A stretch of 64,000 bases of DNA, from NCBI GenBank assembly GCA_032128875.1, contig JAVLKG010000005.1, positions 480,001 to 544,000 of the forward strand, given 5' to 3'. Within the stretch, counting starts at the first letter, position 1. Every line of letters starts with the position of its first letter. The notes beneath the pieces were generated by a model. It had not been told where the DNA came from and ran no database searches. It was given only the letters and a program-made list of their open reading frames with translations. The position numbers and the translations under genes are program-made. Source of the DNA: Candidatus Melainabacteria bacterium 17Bon1m. Lineage in GTDB: Bacteria > Cyanobacteriota > Vampirovibrionia > Obscuribacterales > Obscuribacteraceae. Shown here in pieces: positions 29,202-39,904 of the stretch.

Positions 29202-30161
29202 CTAACTGTCGTCTGCAGCTAGTTCGATCGCCATGTGCTCAATTACCGGCATCGCTTTGATCAGACCGGCGCGCAGATTGTCACAGGTTTTTTGCGCGCT
29301 TTCTACGCTGCGCTCTCCATCGACGCTGACGACCATTTCGACGCGCAGACGATGGCCGGAGAATCGTGCTTTTACGCTTTCCACGCCCTTCACTCCTGCT
29401 TGTTTGAGCGCAGTTTCGCTGATTGCAGCAAGTAATTGCGGATCTACCTCGTCGACAAGCCGTTTTACAATAGTTCCGGCTAATTCCCATCCGGCCCAGA
29501 GAGTCAAGACAGCCATAAAAAGTCCGACGATAGAATCTGTTTGCGGAAAGCCCATCCAGATTCCAGCGCAGCCGGCAATGACCGAGAGGCTAGTGAGCCC
29601 GTCCAGACGTGCGTGATAGCCATCTGCAATCAGCGCAGCACTACCGATTTCCCTGCCGATTTTAAGCCGAAAAAGTGCCACCGCTTCATTGCCTAGAAAA
29701 CCAACGAAGGCAGCGCCCAATACTGCCGGCAGATGTTGAACTTTTTCAGGATGAATCAATCGCAAAACTGATTCGAAGCCGACGATCAGCCCGCTGATGA
29801 TTATCGACGCTACTATGAAAATGCCGGCTAAATCTTCGAAGCGTCCAAATCCATGTGAGTATCGTTTGTCCGGTTGCAGCTTTTGAAGAAAAAACGCCAG
29901 CCACAAGGGAAGCGCGCTGAGTGCGTCGCTAAAATTGTGTATCGAGTCACCTAAGAGCGCCATGCTGCCGGATAAAGATACGACAACAAATTGAATTACA
30001 GCGGTCAAAGTGAGCACGATTACCGACCATTCCGTCGCCATGCTGCCGGATTCGGAGGTTAGTAAATATTGGCTGAGAGCGTCTTGAGCAGTGTTTTTTT
30101 CGTCAGGACCGTTTCTAATTTCGACACTGTCAGTACCGTCGATTTCGCGGAAACTTTGCAT
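29202..30161 (-). CDS. Cation diffusion facilitator (Zn/Co/Cd) transporter
   Basis: SGSMALLGDSIHNFSD, YSHGFGRFEDLAG, ALIADGYHARLD. Confidence 0.92.
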   Translation of the reverse strand: MQSFREIDGTDSVEIRNGPDEKNTAQDALSQYLLTSESGSMATEWSVIVLTLTAVIQFVVVSLSGSMALLGDSIHNFSDALSALPLWLAFFLQKLQPDKRYSHGFGRFEDLAGIFIVASIIISGLIVGFESVLRLIHPEKVQHLPAVLGAAFVGFLGNEAVALFRLKIGREIGSAALIADGYHARLDGLTSLSVIAGCAGIWMGFPQTDSIVGLFMAVLTLWAGWELAGTIVKRLVDEVDPQLLAAISETALKQAGVKGVESVKARFSGHRLRVEMVVSVDGERSVESAQKTCDNLRAGLIKAMPVIEHMAIELAADDS

Positions 30162-30295
30162 ATTTTTGCGTTGGGGACCGAGCCGGTCTAGAATATCTCC
30201 TGTCTTATATAAACCCCGGTAGGGTCGTTCTAACCTGCCCTATATGGGGGATTGGTAGTTATTGGTCATTGGCGCATCGCGCAGAGGCAAACCTA

Positions 30296-31897
30296 ATGGG
30301 AAAAAAGCGCTCACACAGAGAACCGCAGCACGCACAGGCTGTGAGAAAAGGAGCGCTTGTCGAATTGACGATAACCTCCATGGCGCCGGGTGGTGAAGCA
30401 TTTGGAAAGGCAGACCAACTGCCCGTTTTCATCAGTCGCGGCGCGCCCGGCGATGTAGCTGAAGTCGAGCTTTTCGATGTCAGAAAAAAGTTTGCCAAAG
30501 GCAAGATTGAGCGGCTTATAAGCCCGTCGCCAGACCGTGCCGAACCGCCCTGCAAGCTTTTCAAAGTTTGCGGCGGCTGCCAGTGGCAACATATTTCTTA
30601 CGACAAGCAAACTGAGCATAAGACGAGTATCGTAAAACAGGCGATTGCGCACCTCGGTGGTTTGTCCGAGTCCGTTGTCGAACCTTGTGTTGCGGCGCAA
30701 GATGCGCTTTTTTACCGCAACAAAGTTCAATTTCCAGTGCGCAATCCGGCTGGATCAAACCGCATTCTTGCAGGCTACTTCAAGCAAGATTCGCATGAAT
30801 TGGTCAATATCAAACACTGTCCAGTGCAGTCCGGTGAGCTAGACGCCATGCTTGAAACCGTGAAGGAAGTACTGGAAGAATATGAGATCACCGCCTATGA
30901 CGAACGTAGTCGGAATGGTCTATTGAGGCATATTCACGCGCGACAGAGCCGTGCAGATAGGAAGATTTTGTTGACGCTGGTTTTGAACTGTGCTGAAGAG
31001 AATGAACCGGAAACGCTTGGTGAGCTGGCTGAGCTGATTATGCTTAGAGATGAAAACATCGTTGGCGTGGCGGTGAATTATAACGATCGACCGGGAAATC
31101 GCATTCTGGGTGATAAAACAAAATTGGTTGCGGGCGTCGATTATATCGATGAAGTTTTGAAGACAAGCAATCCAAAGCTGCCGAACAAGTTACAGACAGG
31201 CTTGACGTTCAAGTTGTCTCCGACGAGTTTCTTTCAAGTCAATACTGAACAAGCTGCAAGACTCTTGGAGATAGTCTATTTGCAAGCATATGGTCACTTG
31301 CCAGAAGGCGGGAAGCTGGGTGTTGTAATTGATGCATATGCAGGTGTGGGGGCATTCTCGCTCTGGTTGGCGAGCGGGTGCGAACGTCTGATTGCTGTTG
31401 AAGATTACGGGCAGGCGGTAATTGATGGGCGCATCAACGCGCAAAACAATAAAGTAAGTAATGTGGAATTCGTGGAAGGTGATGTTGCGGAGGTCTTGCC
31501 GCAATTTGCAGACATGGGCGAAAAAATCGACCTTGTTGTTCTGGATCCGCCACGTAAGGGGTTAGAACCCGAGGTGGTCAGGTCTCTTCTAGAGCTGGCG
31601 CCGCCGCGAATTATCTATGTAAGCTGCAATCCATCTACGCTGGCGCGCGACCTCAAGTATTTGGCGCAAGGATTTGTACCTGAAACCGCCACTGTGTCTA
31701 ATAATGAATCGCCTGAAGAAGCCACCGACGGCGAGGGTACGGGATTGGAGCGGCCTGCGGCAAAAGTGGCGCAAGGCAAGCCCGGCAAATTTGGGTATAA
31801 AGCAGTGCGGATTCAACCGATTGACCTATTTCCTCAGACCTATCATGTCGAATCCGTGGCGACTTTAGAAAGGGTTTTACTCGATGGTTCTGTCTAG
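30296..31897 (+). CDS. rlmD: 23S rRNA (uracil-C5)-methyltransferase RlmD
   Basis: TRAM domain, CKLFKVCGGCQWQH Fe-S motif, SFFQVN, LDPPRKG, YVSCNPSTLARD, DLFPQTYHVE. Confidence 0.93.
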   Translation: MGKKRSHREPQHAQAVRKGALVELTITSMAPGGEAFGKADQLPVFISRGAPGDVAEVELFDVRKKFAKGKIERLISPSPDRAEPPCKLFKVCGGCQWQHISYDKQTEHKTSIVKQAIAHLGGLSESVVEPCVAAQDALFYRNKVQFPVRNPAGSNRILAGYFKQDSHELVNIKHCPVQSGELDAMLETVKEVLEEYEITAYDERSRNGLLRHIHARQSRADRKILLTLVLNCAEENEPETLGELAELIMLRDENIVGVAVNYNDRPGNRILGDKTKLVAGVDYIDEVLKTSNPKLPNKLQTGLTFKLSPTSFFQVNTEQAARLLEIVYLQAYGHLPEGGKLGVVIDAYAGVGAFSLWLASGCERLIAVEDYGQAVIDGRINAQNNKVSNVEFVEGDVAEVLPQFADMGEKIDLVVLDPPRKGLEPEVVRSLLELAPPRIIYVSCNPSTLARDLKYLAQGFVPETATVSNNESPEEATDGEGTGLERPAAKVAQGKPGKFGYKAVRIQPIDLFPQTYHVESVATLERVLLDGSV

Positions 31898-32342
31898 CAT
31901 CTGGAAGCGTCCCGACGGCTCACGTGAGCCTTTGCCGCCCAATTTGGTGGTTGTTCACAGGAAAGATATCTCGCCCGTGGCGGTTCAGGAGATTTGCGCC
32001 TCGGTAGGCTGGAGCAAGAGAGAGCCTGAGCTTATCGGCAAAGCTCTCGAAAACAGTCTGGCGGTTGTTTCTATCTGGGACGGAGAGCTTCTAATCGCGT
32101 TTGCGCGGGCTACTGGCGACAAGGTTTTTAATGCTACTGTCTGGGATGTTGTTGTCCGACCTTCTTATCAGAGGCGCGGGCTGGGACTGCTTGTCATGAA
32201 CGAGCTGCTCAAAGAATTGGACACGTATCCAATTCCCTTGGTAACCCTCTACGCCGATCCCGGGACTGATGGTTTTTATAAGCGTTTTGGCTTCTCCTGC
32301 GACCCGTCTGGCGTTCGAGGCATGTTCAGAGAGCGCTTCTGA
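31884..32342 (+). CDS. GNAT acetyltransferase (Ycf52/NSI-like)
   Basis: FARATGDKVFNATVWDVVVRPSYQRRGLG, TLYADP, FYKRFGF. Confidence 0.85.
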   Translation: MVLSSIWKRPDGSREPLPPNLVVVHRKDISPVAVQEICASVGWSKREPELIGKALENSLAVVSIWDGELLIAFARATGDKVFNATVWDVVVRPSYQRRGLGLLVMNELLKELDTYPIPLVTLYADPGTDGFYKRFGFSCDPSGVRGMFRERF

Positions 32343-32526
32343 ACGCTTTGTGGCGCTTGACAATCCCGGGGCAGTTATGCAATTTGGCATCTTCTGTTAA
32401 CGGAAGTTTGAAACTTCTGTGTAGCCTGAATATTTCTGGCTTAAGACATGGTAGAGTCATTCACTGCTTGCTAAAACACGCGCCGCAATTGGGCGGGTTG
32501 AATTTTGTTTGGGGGATTACGATCGC

Positions 32527-33069
32527 ATGAAGGTCATATTGCAGCAAAACGTTCCGAAGTTGGGCAAAGCCGGCGACATTGTCGAGGCTTCCAACGGATA
32601 TTTCCGCAACTTCTTGCAGCCGCGCTCCCTTGCCGTTCTCGCCACCCCGGGTGCAATGAAGAAACGGGAAGAAGACGTCGAAGTGCTGCGCAAGAAAGCT
32701 GAGAAAGCACACCAAGAAGCTCTCGATCTTTGCCAGAAGATCACCGATCAAGCTGTTATTCGCCTTGGCGCTAAAGCTGGCGAAGGCGGCAAGCTCTATG
32801 GCAAAGTCACCAATAAAGAAGTTGCCGCGGCAATCCAAAAAGTTTGTGGTGTCGAAGTTGATAAGCGCTTGATCAAGGTTGATGATATCGGCGCCCTTGG
32901 CACCTATAAAGTTGTTGTCAAATTGGCTACCGACGCTCAAGCTGAAATCAACATCGAAGTTGTGCAAGAAGGCACAGAAGACAAGCCGTCTAAGCCTGCT
33001 CAACCGGTGGCTGACGCTGAACCTTCCGAAGCTTCTGCTGACGAAGATGAAATGGCTATCGCCGAGTAA
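32527..33069 (+). CDS. rplI: 50S ribosomal protein L9 with acidic C-terminal extension
   Basis: MKVILQQNVPKLGKAGDIVE..GYFRNFL, KAGEGGKLYG. Confidence 0.96.
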   Translation: MKVILQQNVPKLGKAGDIVEASNGYFRNFLQPRSLAVLATPGAMKKREEDVEVLRKKAEKAHQEALDLCQKITDQAVIRLGAKAGEGGKLYGKVTNKEVAAAIQKVCGVEVDKRLIKVDDIGALGTYKVVVKLATDAQAEINIEVVQEGTEDKPSKPAQPVADAEPSEASADEDEMAIAE

Positions 33070-33094
33070 TTCTCCCGGTCAGCTCGAAATTATT

Positions 33095-33121
33095 AGCTCC
33101 GCTTCGGCGGAGCTTTTTTTT
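33095..33121 (+). terminator. Rho-independent terminator after rplI
   Basis: AGCTCCGC-TTCG-GCGGAGCT stem-loop followed by a T-tract. Confidence 0.9.
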
Positions 33122-33244
33122 CAAGATGACGGACTGTTGAATATCTTGATTTCGCTTGGCATCTTGGCGGCGATTGCACCGTTGGGCGCAGGATTGAAAG
33201 CCGCGCTAAAATGGATTTTAGGAGTGGGCTCTTTTGTTTGATGG

Positions 33245-34252
33245 GTGGATTTTGTGAGCAGCACATTTTTGACCAGGGCTAAGGCGCGCACATTACTTGC
33301 AGCCGCTACTTTAGGTTTATTAGTACTTCCCGCGTGGGCTGCGCCTTCGCAGTCTCAAATTGTCGAAACAATCACTAATGCCAAGATATTGCCGGCATCA
33401 GTGGCACTCAACGCTCGCTATTCAATGGGCGAAGTTTCACTTTACATGTATCGTTCTGCGAAAGTTTCCGACAACGACCTCAAGATCGATTCGGTTCTAA
33501 TTACAAAAACTCTGCGCGACAAATTTGGCGCCGATATAAAAGCTGTTCAACTCAACTTCTACGACAAAGAGAGCAAAGCACAAATTCGTCAGTGCACCGT
33601 CAACCAAACTCACGTCAATAGTTTTGCGGCAAAGCAGATTTCACAACAGCAGCTGATGGACATGCTCACTATTGCCAGGATGAGCGCTGGTGGCGCCAGC
33701 GGTGGTAGCGGCGGCAGTGTAATGAGCGCTTCAAAGCAAGCTGTTTTATCGGCGACTGTCGTTCCTGGATACGAGCAAAGAAAGCGCGAAATGACGCTTT
33801 TAAAAATCAAGGATTTGGCGGAGAAAGATGGTAATTACCAAGAAATTTTCAACATGTTCAAACAGATGGAAGCCCTTGTCACTGCCGGACAGGTGAATTC
33901 AGTTGCCACTCTGTACAACGATATCGAGACGAAGATCCTTGTTGAGGCTGCAAGAGCTGACGAGAAAGGGCGGAGTGCGTTGATGGCGTCGCAGGCTCGT
34001 CGCAATCAAGCACTTGCTCAATCAAGTATTCTCAGCTACAGCCCGCCTTGGGGTTTTGGGTTGTGGCGCCGCACTGCTATTTGGAATGCAATAAAACGTC
34101 TCAATGAAAAGGGGAATGATGTCAGCTCATATCTCGTTGCGCTGAGAGAAACAGTGGATGCGCCCCTAAGCAGGGGAGACAACGAATCCGTCAAGGTCGG
34201 AGTCATGAGACTAGAGCAATCGCTGGGCCTTCCGGGTAGTTATACCTGGTAG
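33245..34252 (+). CDS. Secreted hypothetical protein
   Basis: 335-aa ORF, signal peptide ending PAWA, Gly/Ser linker. Confidence 0.7.
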   Translation: MDFVSSTFLTRAKARTLLAAATLGLLVLPAWAAPSQSQIVETITNAKILPASVALNARYSMGEVSLYMYRSAKVSDNDLKIDSVLITKTLRDKFGADIKAVQLNFYDKESKAQIRQCTVNQTHVNSFAAKQISQQQLMDMLTIARMSAGGASGGSGGSVMSASKQAVLSATVVPGYEQRKREMTLLKIKDLAEKDGNYQEIFNMFKQMEALVTAGQVNSVATLYNDIETKILVEAARADEKGRSALMASQARRNQALAQSSILSYSPPWGFGLWRRTAIWNAIKRLNEKGNDVSSYLVALRETVDAPLSRGDNESVKVGVMRLEQSLGLPGSYTW

Positions 34253-34322
34253 GTATATCGTCCAAGTACTTCGCGACTGGAGACTAGAACTGTCGAGCCA
34301 ATCTCTACTTAAGGTCATTGAC

Positions 34323-35000
34323 ATGAGCCGGAAGATGGGTGGGCAGCTGATCCTAACATCGGTCAACTTTGAGGTTGCAGCGGGCCGGATCCTGGCGATC
34401 ATCGGCCCGAATGGCGCCGGGAAAACAACTCTCATGGAGTGTGTTTCCGGACTGCAGCCACATCAAGGACGTGTGGAACTGAATGGCAAAGATGTCGCAG
34501 CCGATGCTCGTTATCAGTTCATCTTTTACCAACCAGACCAGGTTTTGCCCTATCCTGACCATGGCGTCTATTCCACATTAGCCTTCTTCCAATCGATGCT
34601 TCTTGCTTCAAAAGCGCGTCTTGACGAGATAATCGAACGTTTGAAATTGGAAAGCGTGCTCTCAAAGTCAGTCAAGGAATTGTCCCGCGGTTATCAAAAG
34701 CGCCTACTCATCGCAATCGGGCTTCTTTCTGCTGCACCAATTCTGCTCCTTGATGAACCTTTTGAAGGTTTGGACATCAAGCAAACTAAAGAAGTCGTTA
34801 GCATTTTGCAGGATGAAAAGGCTAAAGGTAGAACGCTTATTCTTTCCATTCACCAGATTGTCGACGCACAAAGAATTGCTGATGAATTCCTGTTGATCGC
34901 TCAAGGAAAGATACTCGGCAGTGGAACACTAGGACAACTGCAAGAGCAATCCGGGATTTCATCGGGAAGTTTGGAGGACGTTTTCGTCGCCTTAACGTGA
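34323..35000 (+). CDS. ABC transporter ATP-binding protein
   Basis: GPNGAGKTT, LSRGYQKR, LLLDEP. Confidence 0.9.
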   Translation: MSRKMGGQLILTSVNFEVAAGRILAIIGPNGAGKTTLMECVSGLQPHQGRVELNGKDVAADARYQFIFYQPDQVLPYPDHGVYSTLAFFQSMLLASKARLDEIIERLKLESVLSKSVKELSRGYQKRLLIAIGLLSAAPILLLDEPFEGLDIKQTKEVVSILQDEKAKGRTLILSIHQIVDAQRIADEFLLIAQGKILGSGTLGQLQEQSGISSGSLEDVFVALT

Positions 35001-36337
35001 GCAAAACCACTATCAATTTCACGATGTTGAACGCACTGTTTCTCAAGGAATTGAGAGAATTGGCAGCTACGCGTTCTTTCTGGGTGATGCTTTTGGTTCT
35101 TTGCCCACTTGTGGGTTTCAGCTTTATTGAAGCGGTTTTTCTATATGCTCATGCGGGCGAATCGATCATGGGCGATGACATTTTAATGGCACGATTGAGT
35201 CCGTTAGATGGGATCGTCGTGCCGACTTTCAGCGCTCTTTATTTAAGCGAGGTTTTTCTCTTTCCCTTCGTGGCGATTAGATTGTTGGGAGTGGAAAGGC
35301 AGTTTGGCTCAATCAAATTGCTGAATCAAATCTGCCCATGGATTGGGGTTTCACTTGCTGTAAAGCTCGTCGTGGTAATGCTTGCATATCTCGCTTCCTT
35401 TCTGCCTGCCCTGACGGCGCTTGCCGTATGGCGTCACTTGGGCGGCTACTTGCATATTCAAGAAGTGTCGATTCTCTTGTTGGGTCATTTCTTGTTCGCT
35501 TTATTAATTGCTTCGATAGCATTTTTTGCAGTGGCCATTACAGACTCTCCGCAAACCGCAGCAATTGTCACTCTTGCCTTCACAATTTCTTCCTGGGTTC
35601 TAGAATTTGCAGGACAAAATCAGAGTACGCTGAATGCCATCAGCTGGCTTTCCATGACTGCTCATTTGCGGTTATTCGAAGCAGGGTTGTTCAGTTTGCA
35701 AACGTTGTTAGGTTTTTTGATTGCATCGGCAAGCTTTGTTGCGTTGGCGGCTATTTGGTTGAGAGCTGCAGATGACCTCGCCGGAAAGTTCAAGCATTCC
35801 TCCATACTGGCAGTTTTTGTCGGCATACTCGCCGTCGCCACGTCACAAGCCTTTTACTACAAAGACTTCAGTGAAAATCGTGAGAATTCATTTCATCCGC
35901 GCAACGAAGCTGAGTTGCGTAAGCTGAATAAGCCTCTTGTGATGACCATTCACCTGAGCCCAGATGATTCGATTGCTGTAGATTTCGAAAAGGAATTTTT
36001 GAGCAAGTTGAAACGCGTCGTGAGAGACGTAAAAATTGTTTATGAGCTGCCTAAAGATCCGGGACCGTCCGGGCAGGAGGACCCCAACTATGGTCTCATC
36101 ACCTACGATTACGGCGGTGGGCGGCTGACAAGTCATGATGTCGGCGCCAGGAGAGCCCTCGAGGTATTGCATATACTCACGGGTGCGGTCCTTGAAGGTG
36201 AGGTCGATTCGCCCTATCCAGGACACCCCATAAGGGCAGATGCCAGCAATTACAGAATATTGTTTTATGTAATTATGCCGGTTGGCATTATCTTGCTGTG
36301 GATCGGCTCGCAGAAAATACTCAAACGCAAGAGGTAG
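34997..36337 (+). CDS. ABC-2 permease with GldF/GldG-like fusion
   Basis: LFLKELREL, ERQFGSIKLL, several TM segments, then DFSENRENSF GldG-like segment. Confidence 0.75.
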   Translation: MSKTTINFTMLNALFLKELRELAATRSFWVMLLVLCPLVGFSFIEAVFLYAHAGESIMGDDILMARLSPLDGIVVPTFSALYLSEVFLFPFVAIRLLGVERQFGSIKLLNQICPWIGVSLAVKLVVVMLAYLASFLPALTALAVWRHLGGYLHIQEVSILLLGHFLFALLIASIAFFAVAITDSPQTAAIVTLAFTISSWVLEFAGQNQSTLNAISWLSMTAHLRLFEAGLFSLQTLLGFLIASASFVALAAIWLRAADDLAGKFKHSSILAVFVGILAVATSQAFYYKDFSENRENSFHPRNEAELRKLNKPLVMTIHLSPDDSIAVDFEKEFLSKLKRVVRDVKIVYELPKDPGPSGQEDPNYGLITYDYGGGRLTSHDVGARRALEVLHILTGAVLEGEVDSPYPGHPIRADASNYRILFYVIMPVGIILLWIGSQKILKRKR

Positions 36338-36346
36338 AGGCTTATT

Positions 36347-37114
36347 ATGTTTGGATTCGCTGGGCTCAGTGGTCGTAAGAAGACGCATTTGTCGGCGTCT
36401 TTGTTGGTATTGCTTGCGGTGTCATGGTCCGGGCTTTTAACACCTCACAAAATACAATGTCTGGCCGCTGGCGGCGTAATCAAAGAGGACTTTGAAAAGG
36501 AAAAGGTTGGTGCCGAGCCGAAATCATTTGCTTCTCTGGTCGGCGATTGGTATGTGACTGAAGACAAAGGCGCCAAGGTCTATTCCGTCGACGGCAGGAA
36601 ATGGTCAAAAGGCAAAGTAGCCTCGGGTGTTGCAGATAAATCCAGAGCGATTTACGGAGATCGATATGCGGAGTTTCTGGATAGGGTTCAAGCTTTCGCC
36701 TATTTTCCTTTGACTATATATAAGCCTGTCGACAATTTTAAAAATGGAGAGATCTCTTTTCGCTTCAAAGGGATGGCTGGTCGAATAGATCAGTGTGCTG
36801 GTATCGCTTTCAATATCAAGCCCAACGGTGACTATCTCATCTTCAGAGCCAACTGCTTGGAGAACAACATCGTATTGTGGAAATATGTGCAAGGAAAGCG
36901 CAGTCCGGTCAAATGGGCATATCGCATCATCACTCCGCCGGGACAGTGGTTTACACTAACAATGAATGTACACGGCAAAAAGATTCTCGGAAGTTTGAAC
37001 GGTAAACAAGTTTTCGACTTTGACAATCCCGATCCTATTGATGGAAAAATTGGTCTCTGGTCAAAGGCTGACAGCGTCGTTTATTTCGATGATTTTACGG
37101 TGAAGAAAGAATGA
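36347..37114 (+). CDS. Secreted concanavalin-like/DUF1080-type beta-sandwich protein
   Basis: Signal peptide; AGIAF, DYLIFRAN, GKIGLWSKADSVVYFDDFTV. Confidence 0.65.
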   Translation: MFGFAGLSGRKKTHLSASLLVLLAVSWSGLLTPHKIQCLAAGGVIKEDFEKEKVGAEPKSFASLVGDWYVTEDKGAKVYSVDGRKWSKGKVASGVADKSRAIYGDRYAEFLDRVQAFAYFPLTIYKPVDNFKNGEISFRFKGMAGRIDQCAGIAFNIKPNGDYLIFRANCLENNIVLWKYVQGKRSPVKWAYRIITPPGQWFTLTMNVHGKKILGSLNGKQVFDFDNPDPIDGKIGLWSKADSVVYFDDFTVKKE

Positions 37115-37860
37115 GTTTAATGACCTCAGGAAATTTAGCAAGAGCGATATCGCCGCTCCTTTTGCTCATTGCGCTCACTTCTTGCACCAAGCAAGAAAAG
37201 AATCCCATTTCAATTACCGTAGATCCGCCGCGGGTGAAGATCGAGAAGAAAAAAGTTGAGACTCAAAAGAAAGATTTCGATGCCGCAGAGCACGAAATTG
37301 CGCAGACTGATTGGATTTACAGCATCGTTCCTAAATTGGCATTTTCCATAAAGGAAAAGAAACAAGAAAAGACAAGCTATACCCTCTCTTTGGTGGTGAC
37401 AGGCGTAGAGATCAAATTGGGATTGCCCATCACGACAAAGATTTATGAAAGCGCGCCTCAATATGTCATCGATCATGAAAATGGACATGTGAAAATTTGC
37501 ACTCGAATCTACGATAATGCCCGCGCTATCGCGCAAAAGGCCGCACAGGAAGTTGTGGGCAAAACGTACGTAGGCTCAGGAAGTGATGAAAAACAAGCAC
37601 TGAGCAGTGCCCTGCAGATGGCTGCCCAGGATATTGCTGCACCATACAGAGTAAGCACCGTGGCTTACGCTGATGCTGTTTCTTCCAACTACGATCAGCT
37701 ATGCGAGAAAGAAGATCGCAGAAAGCTAGTTGAAAAAACTATTGATGAAGCTTTTGATGCTGTCAAAAAAGAAGAGCAGAAACAGAATGAAGCGCAGAAC
37801 CTCCAAGGAACGCAGGCTTCTTCTGATACCAGCTCAAAGCCGGCAGAGAGCAATAAATAA
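37111..37860 (+). CDS. Lipoprotein with HExxH motif (DUF922-like putative Zn peptidase)
   Basis: Lipobox LTSC; IDHENGHVKI. Confidence 0.6.
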   Translation: MSLMTSGNLARAISPLLLLIALTSCTKQEKNPISITVDPPRVKIEKKKVETQKKDFDAAEHEIAQTDWIYSIVPKLAFSIKEKKQEKTSYTLSLVVTGVEIKLGLPITTKIYESAPQYVIDHENGHVKICTRIYDNARAIAQKAAQEVVGKTYVGSGSDEKQALSSALQMAAQDIAAPYRVSTVAYADAVSSNYDQLCEKEDRRKLVEKTIDEAFDAVKKEEQKQNEAQNLQGTQASSDTSSKPAESNK

Positions 37861-37984
37861 GCAATTCTACGTGTGTGCAGCGGCGCCGCAAAACACCTAT
37901 ATACAGCGAAAGAGCCAGGTACGCCTGGCTCTTTTACCGTCCCGAGTTAGGGGATCATCGTTGTGCGTTTGGTGAGTTAAGTCC

Positions 37985-39904
37985 TTATTTCTTTATGTGT
38001 CCTTCCTTTGTAGGTGTCGCTTCGTTTGCCATTTCTACGCGGAAGCGTATTGTGCATGCGACGCCGTTTTGCAGGTATGTTGGAGGCATAATTCCGCTCG
38101 CGGGCGATGCTGCGGTGTACGGGAAGTTTAGTCCGATAATGCCTGGTTCTGCAAAGTCGTTCAGTGCATAAACCGGTTGTGGGGTTGTAGCAACTGTTCC
38201 ACCTTTCTTGTGATTGGCTCCGGAGCCCATAGCTCCAAGGTCACCCATGTTTGCTGTGCCGTTGGTGCCGTTCATGGCGATTGCGGAATCAGGAAGACCT
38301 TCCGGCAAGCAAGCAATCCATTTTTCTCCGACTGCGCAAGCCATGTTGCTGCCTGAGGGAACCGGCAAGGGTTGACCAGCGTGCTGACCACCATATACCT
38401 CGCCCCACTTGCGGCACTGATCTTTCATATACAGCGCCCAGGGGGAAGACTTATTACCGGTGCTCGCGTCAATTTCGTCCATCGCGTCTCCGCATTCCAT
38501 ATAGAGTTGGTTTTCGGAAACTGCAAGATATGGTTCTTTCGTAGCCACAGCGGTCGCTAGAACAATGTTGCCATTGGCATCAATTTGCCACTTGTAGAGA
38601 GTATTGGCCTTGAACTTTCCTCCAGGAATTCCAGCGCCGTTAATGAATGCGACTACCGAGTCGATGTTCACTTTGTGTCCACCTAGTCTCAGCCAGTCGA
38701 AGACGGCTGCTGCAAGGCCATTAGCTGGGGGCACTGTTGATGAGCCGAGAGATGTGTCGGATACGAGAGTGCCGGTGCTACCTGGTCCGTTATAGTCGCC
38801 ACCTTTTGGTGTCATCATATCTGCCGGGTTGGTGCTGTTAGTCAACTGAGTTTGATTGAGCCAATCAGATGGTCTTTCCATAGAAACCGGCACCTGCCCA
38901 TCTATACCTGGGTCGTATATGTTTGTGCCAGGTGCTACTCTAGGGTCGGTGTTGCAGAAGGTCTGGGCACAAGCGATCGCGTGTGTGATACCAGCTGCTT
39001 TTGACGTGTCACCATTTTTGAAGAGTTTTTGATCAGCTTCGGCCAGCACTACAGCAGGTACGCTGTAGGGTAAGCCTAAATTTGTTTTGAATTTCTTTGG
39101 GTCGATCAACTTCATTGTTGAGCCGGTCCCCGTGAAGATGAAGTCTTTCCCTCCGTACGGATAGTTAGTGTATGACATGTATTTGCCATTCTGAACAGGA
39201 GCGCCACCAAGAGAAGCCTTCGAGGTGGGGTTTGGCACACCTACAGTGGTTTCGCTACCGTTTTGGACGCAGCCGAGAGTTAGTTTAAGAGAGCCGTTTA
39301 CGTATGACGATTCAGACTTCCTCACGTCGTTCTGTTTGTATGCTTGCTCAGCACTCGTGTACGGTGTGACAAGCACGCCGTTGATGTCTTTAGCGAGCGG
39401 GTCGCCGCCAGGCAAGATCGAACTTTGCAGTACTGCGGTAAGTGCAGCTTGAGACTTCATTGCTGCCGCGTAGTCTTGGTCTGCAAGCATCTTCCACGTA
39501 TTCATGGAAGGAGGATTTCCAGTGGCTGTTGAAACTTGGTCAGCCAGAATCATGTCAAGGCGAATGGTAGCGAGGATGGTGTTGATACTATAAACAGTTT
39601 GGAACAGTCCATCCGGTGCTTTAGTCATTGTTCCGGTGGGAGCGTAGTCTGACAAGCTGACCCATCCAAAATGGTCGTCTTTAATGACGATACGACCAAT
39701 ATCTTTAGCCGCTGCAAGAGATGCAGCTTCGATGGCAGTTTTCTGTTCCTGGTTGCCGCCCAAGAGCCTTGTGTAGGCTAGAGCGAACAGGAGCAGTGCC
39801 AACAGCAAGCCGCCACAGATCGCGCCGACTAGCGCAATCATGTTGCCGCGTTGCTGTCTGCCTTGCGGCACAACTGGCAATTGGCCCCTCTTAGTTTTTC
39901 GCAT
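37985..39904 (-). CDS. TadG/TadE-like pilin-type N-terminal protein
   Basis: Basic N-terminus, RGNMIALV hydrophobic helix, EQKTAIEAASLAAA motif. Confidence 0.55.
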   Translation of the reverse strand: MRKTKRGQLPVVPQGRQQRGNMIALVGAICGGLLLALLLFALAYTRLLGGNQEQKTAIEAASLAAAKDIGRIVIKDDHFGWVSLSDYAPTGTMTKAPDGLFQTVYSINTILATIRLDMILADQVSTATGNPPSMNTWKMLADQDYAAAMKSQAALTAVLQSSILPGGDPLAKDINGVLVTPYTSAEQAYKQNDVRKSESSYVNGSLKLTLGCVQNGSETTVGVPNPTSKASLGGAPVQNGKYMSYTNYPYGGKDFIFTGTGSTMKLIDPKKFKTNLGLPYSVPAVVLAEADQKLFKNGDTSKAAGITHAIACAQTFCNTDPRVAPGTNIYDPGIDGQVPVSMERPSDWLNQTQLTNSTNPADMMTPKGGDYNGPGSTGTLVSDTSLGSSTVPPANGLAAAVFDWLRLGGHKVNIDSVVAFINGAGIPGGKFKANTLYKWQIDANGNIVLATAVATKEPYLAVSENQLYMECGDAMDEIDASTGNKSSPWALYMKDQCRKWGEVYGGQHAGQPLPVPSGSNMACAVGEKWIACLPEGLPDSAIAMNGTNGTANMGDLGAMGSGANHKKGGTVATTPQPVYALNDFAEPGIIGLNFPYTAASPASGIMPPTYLQNGVACTIRFRVEMANEATPTKEGHIKK

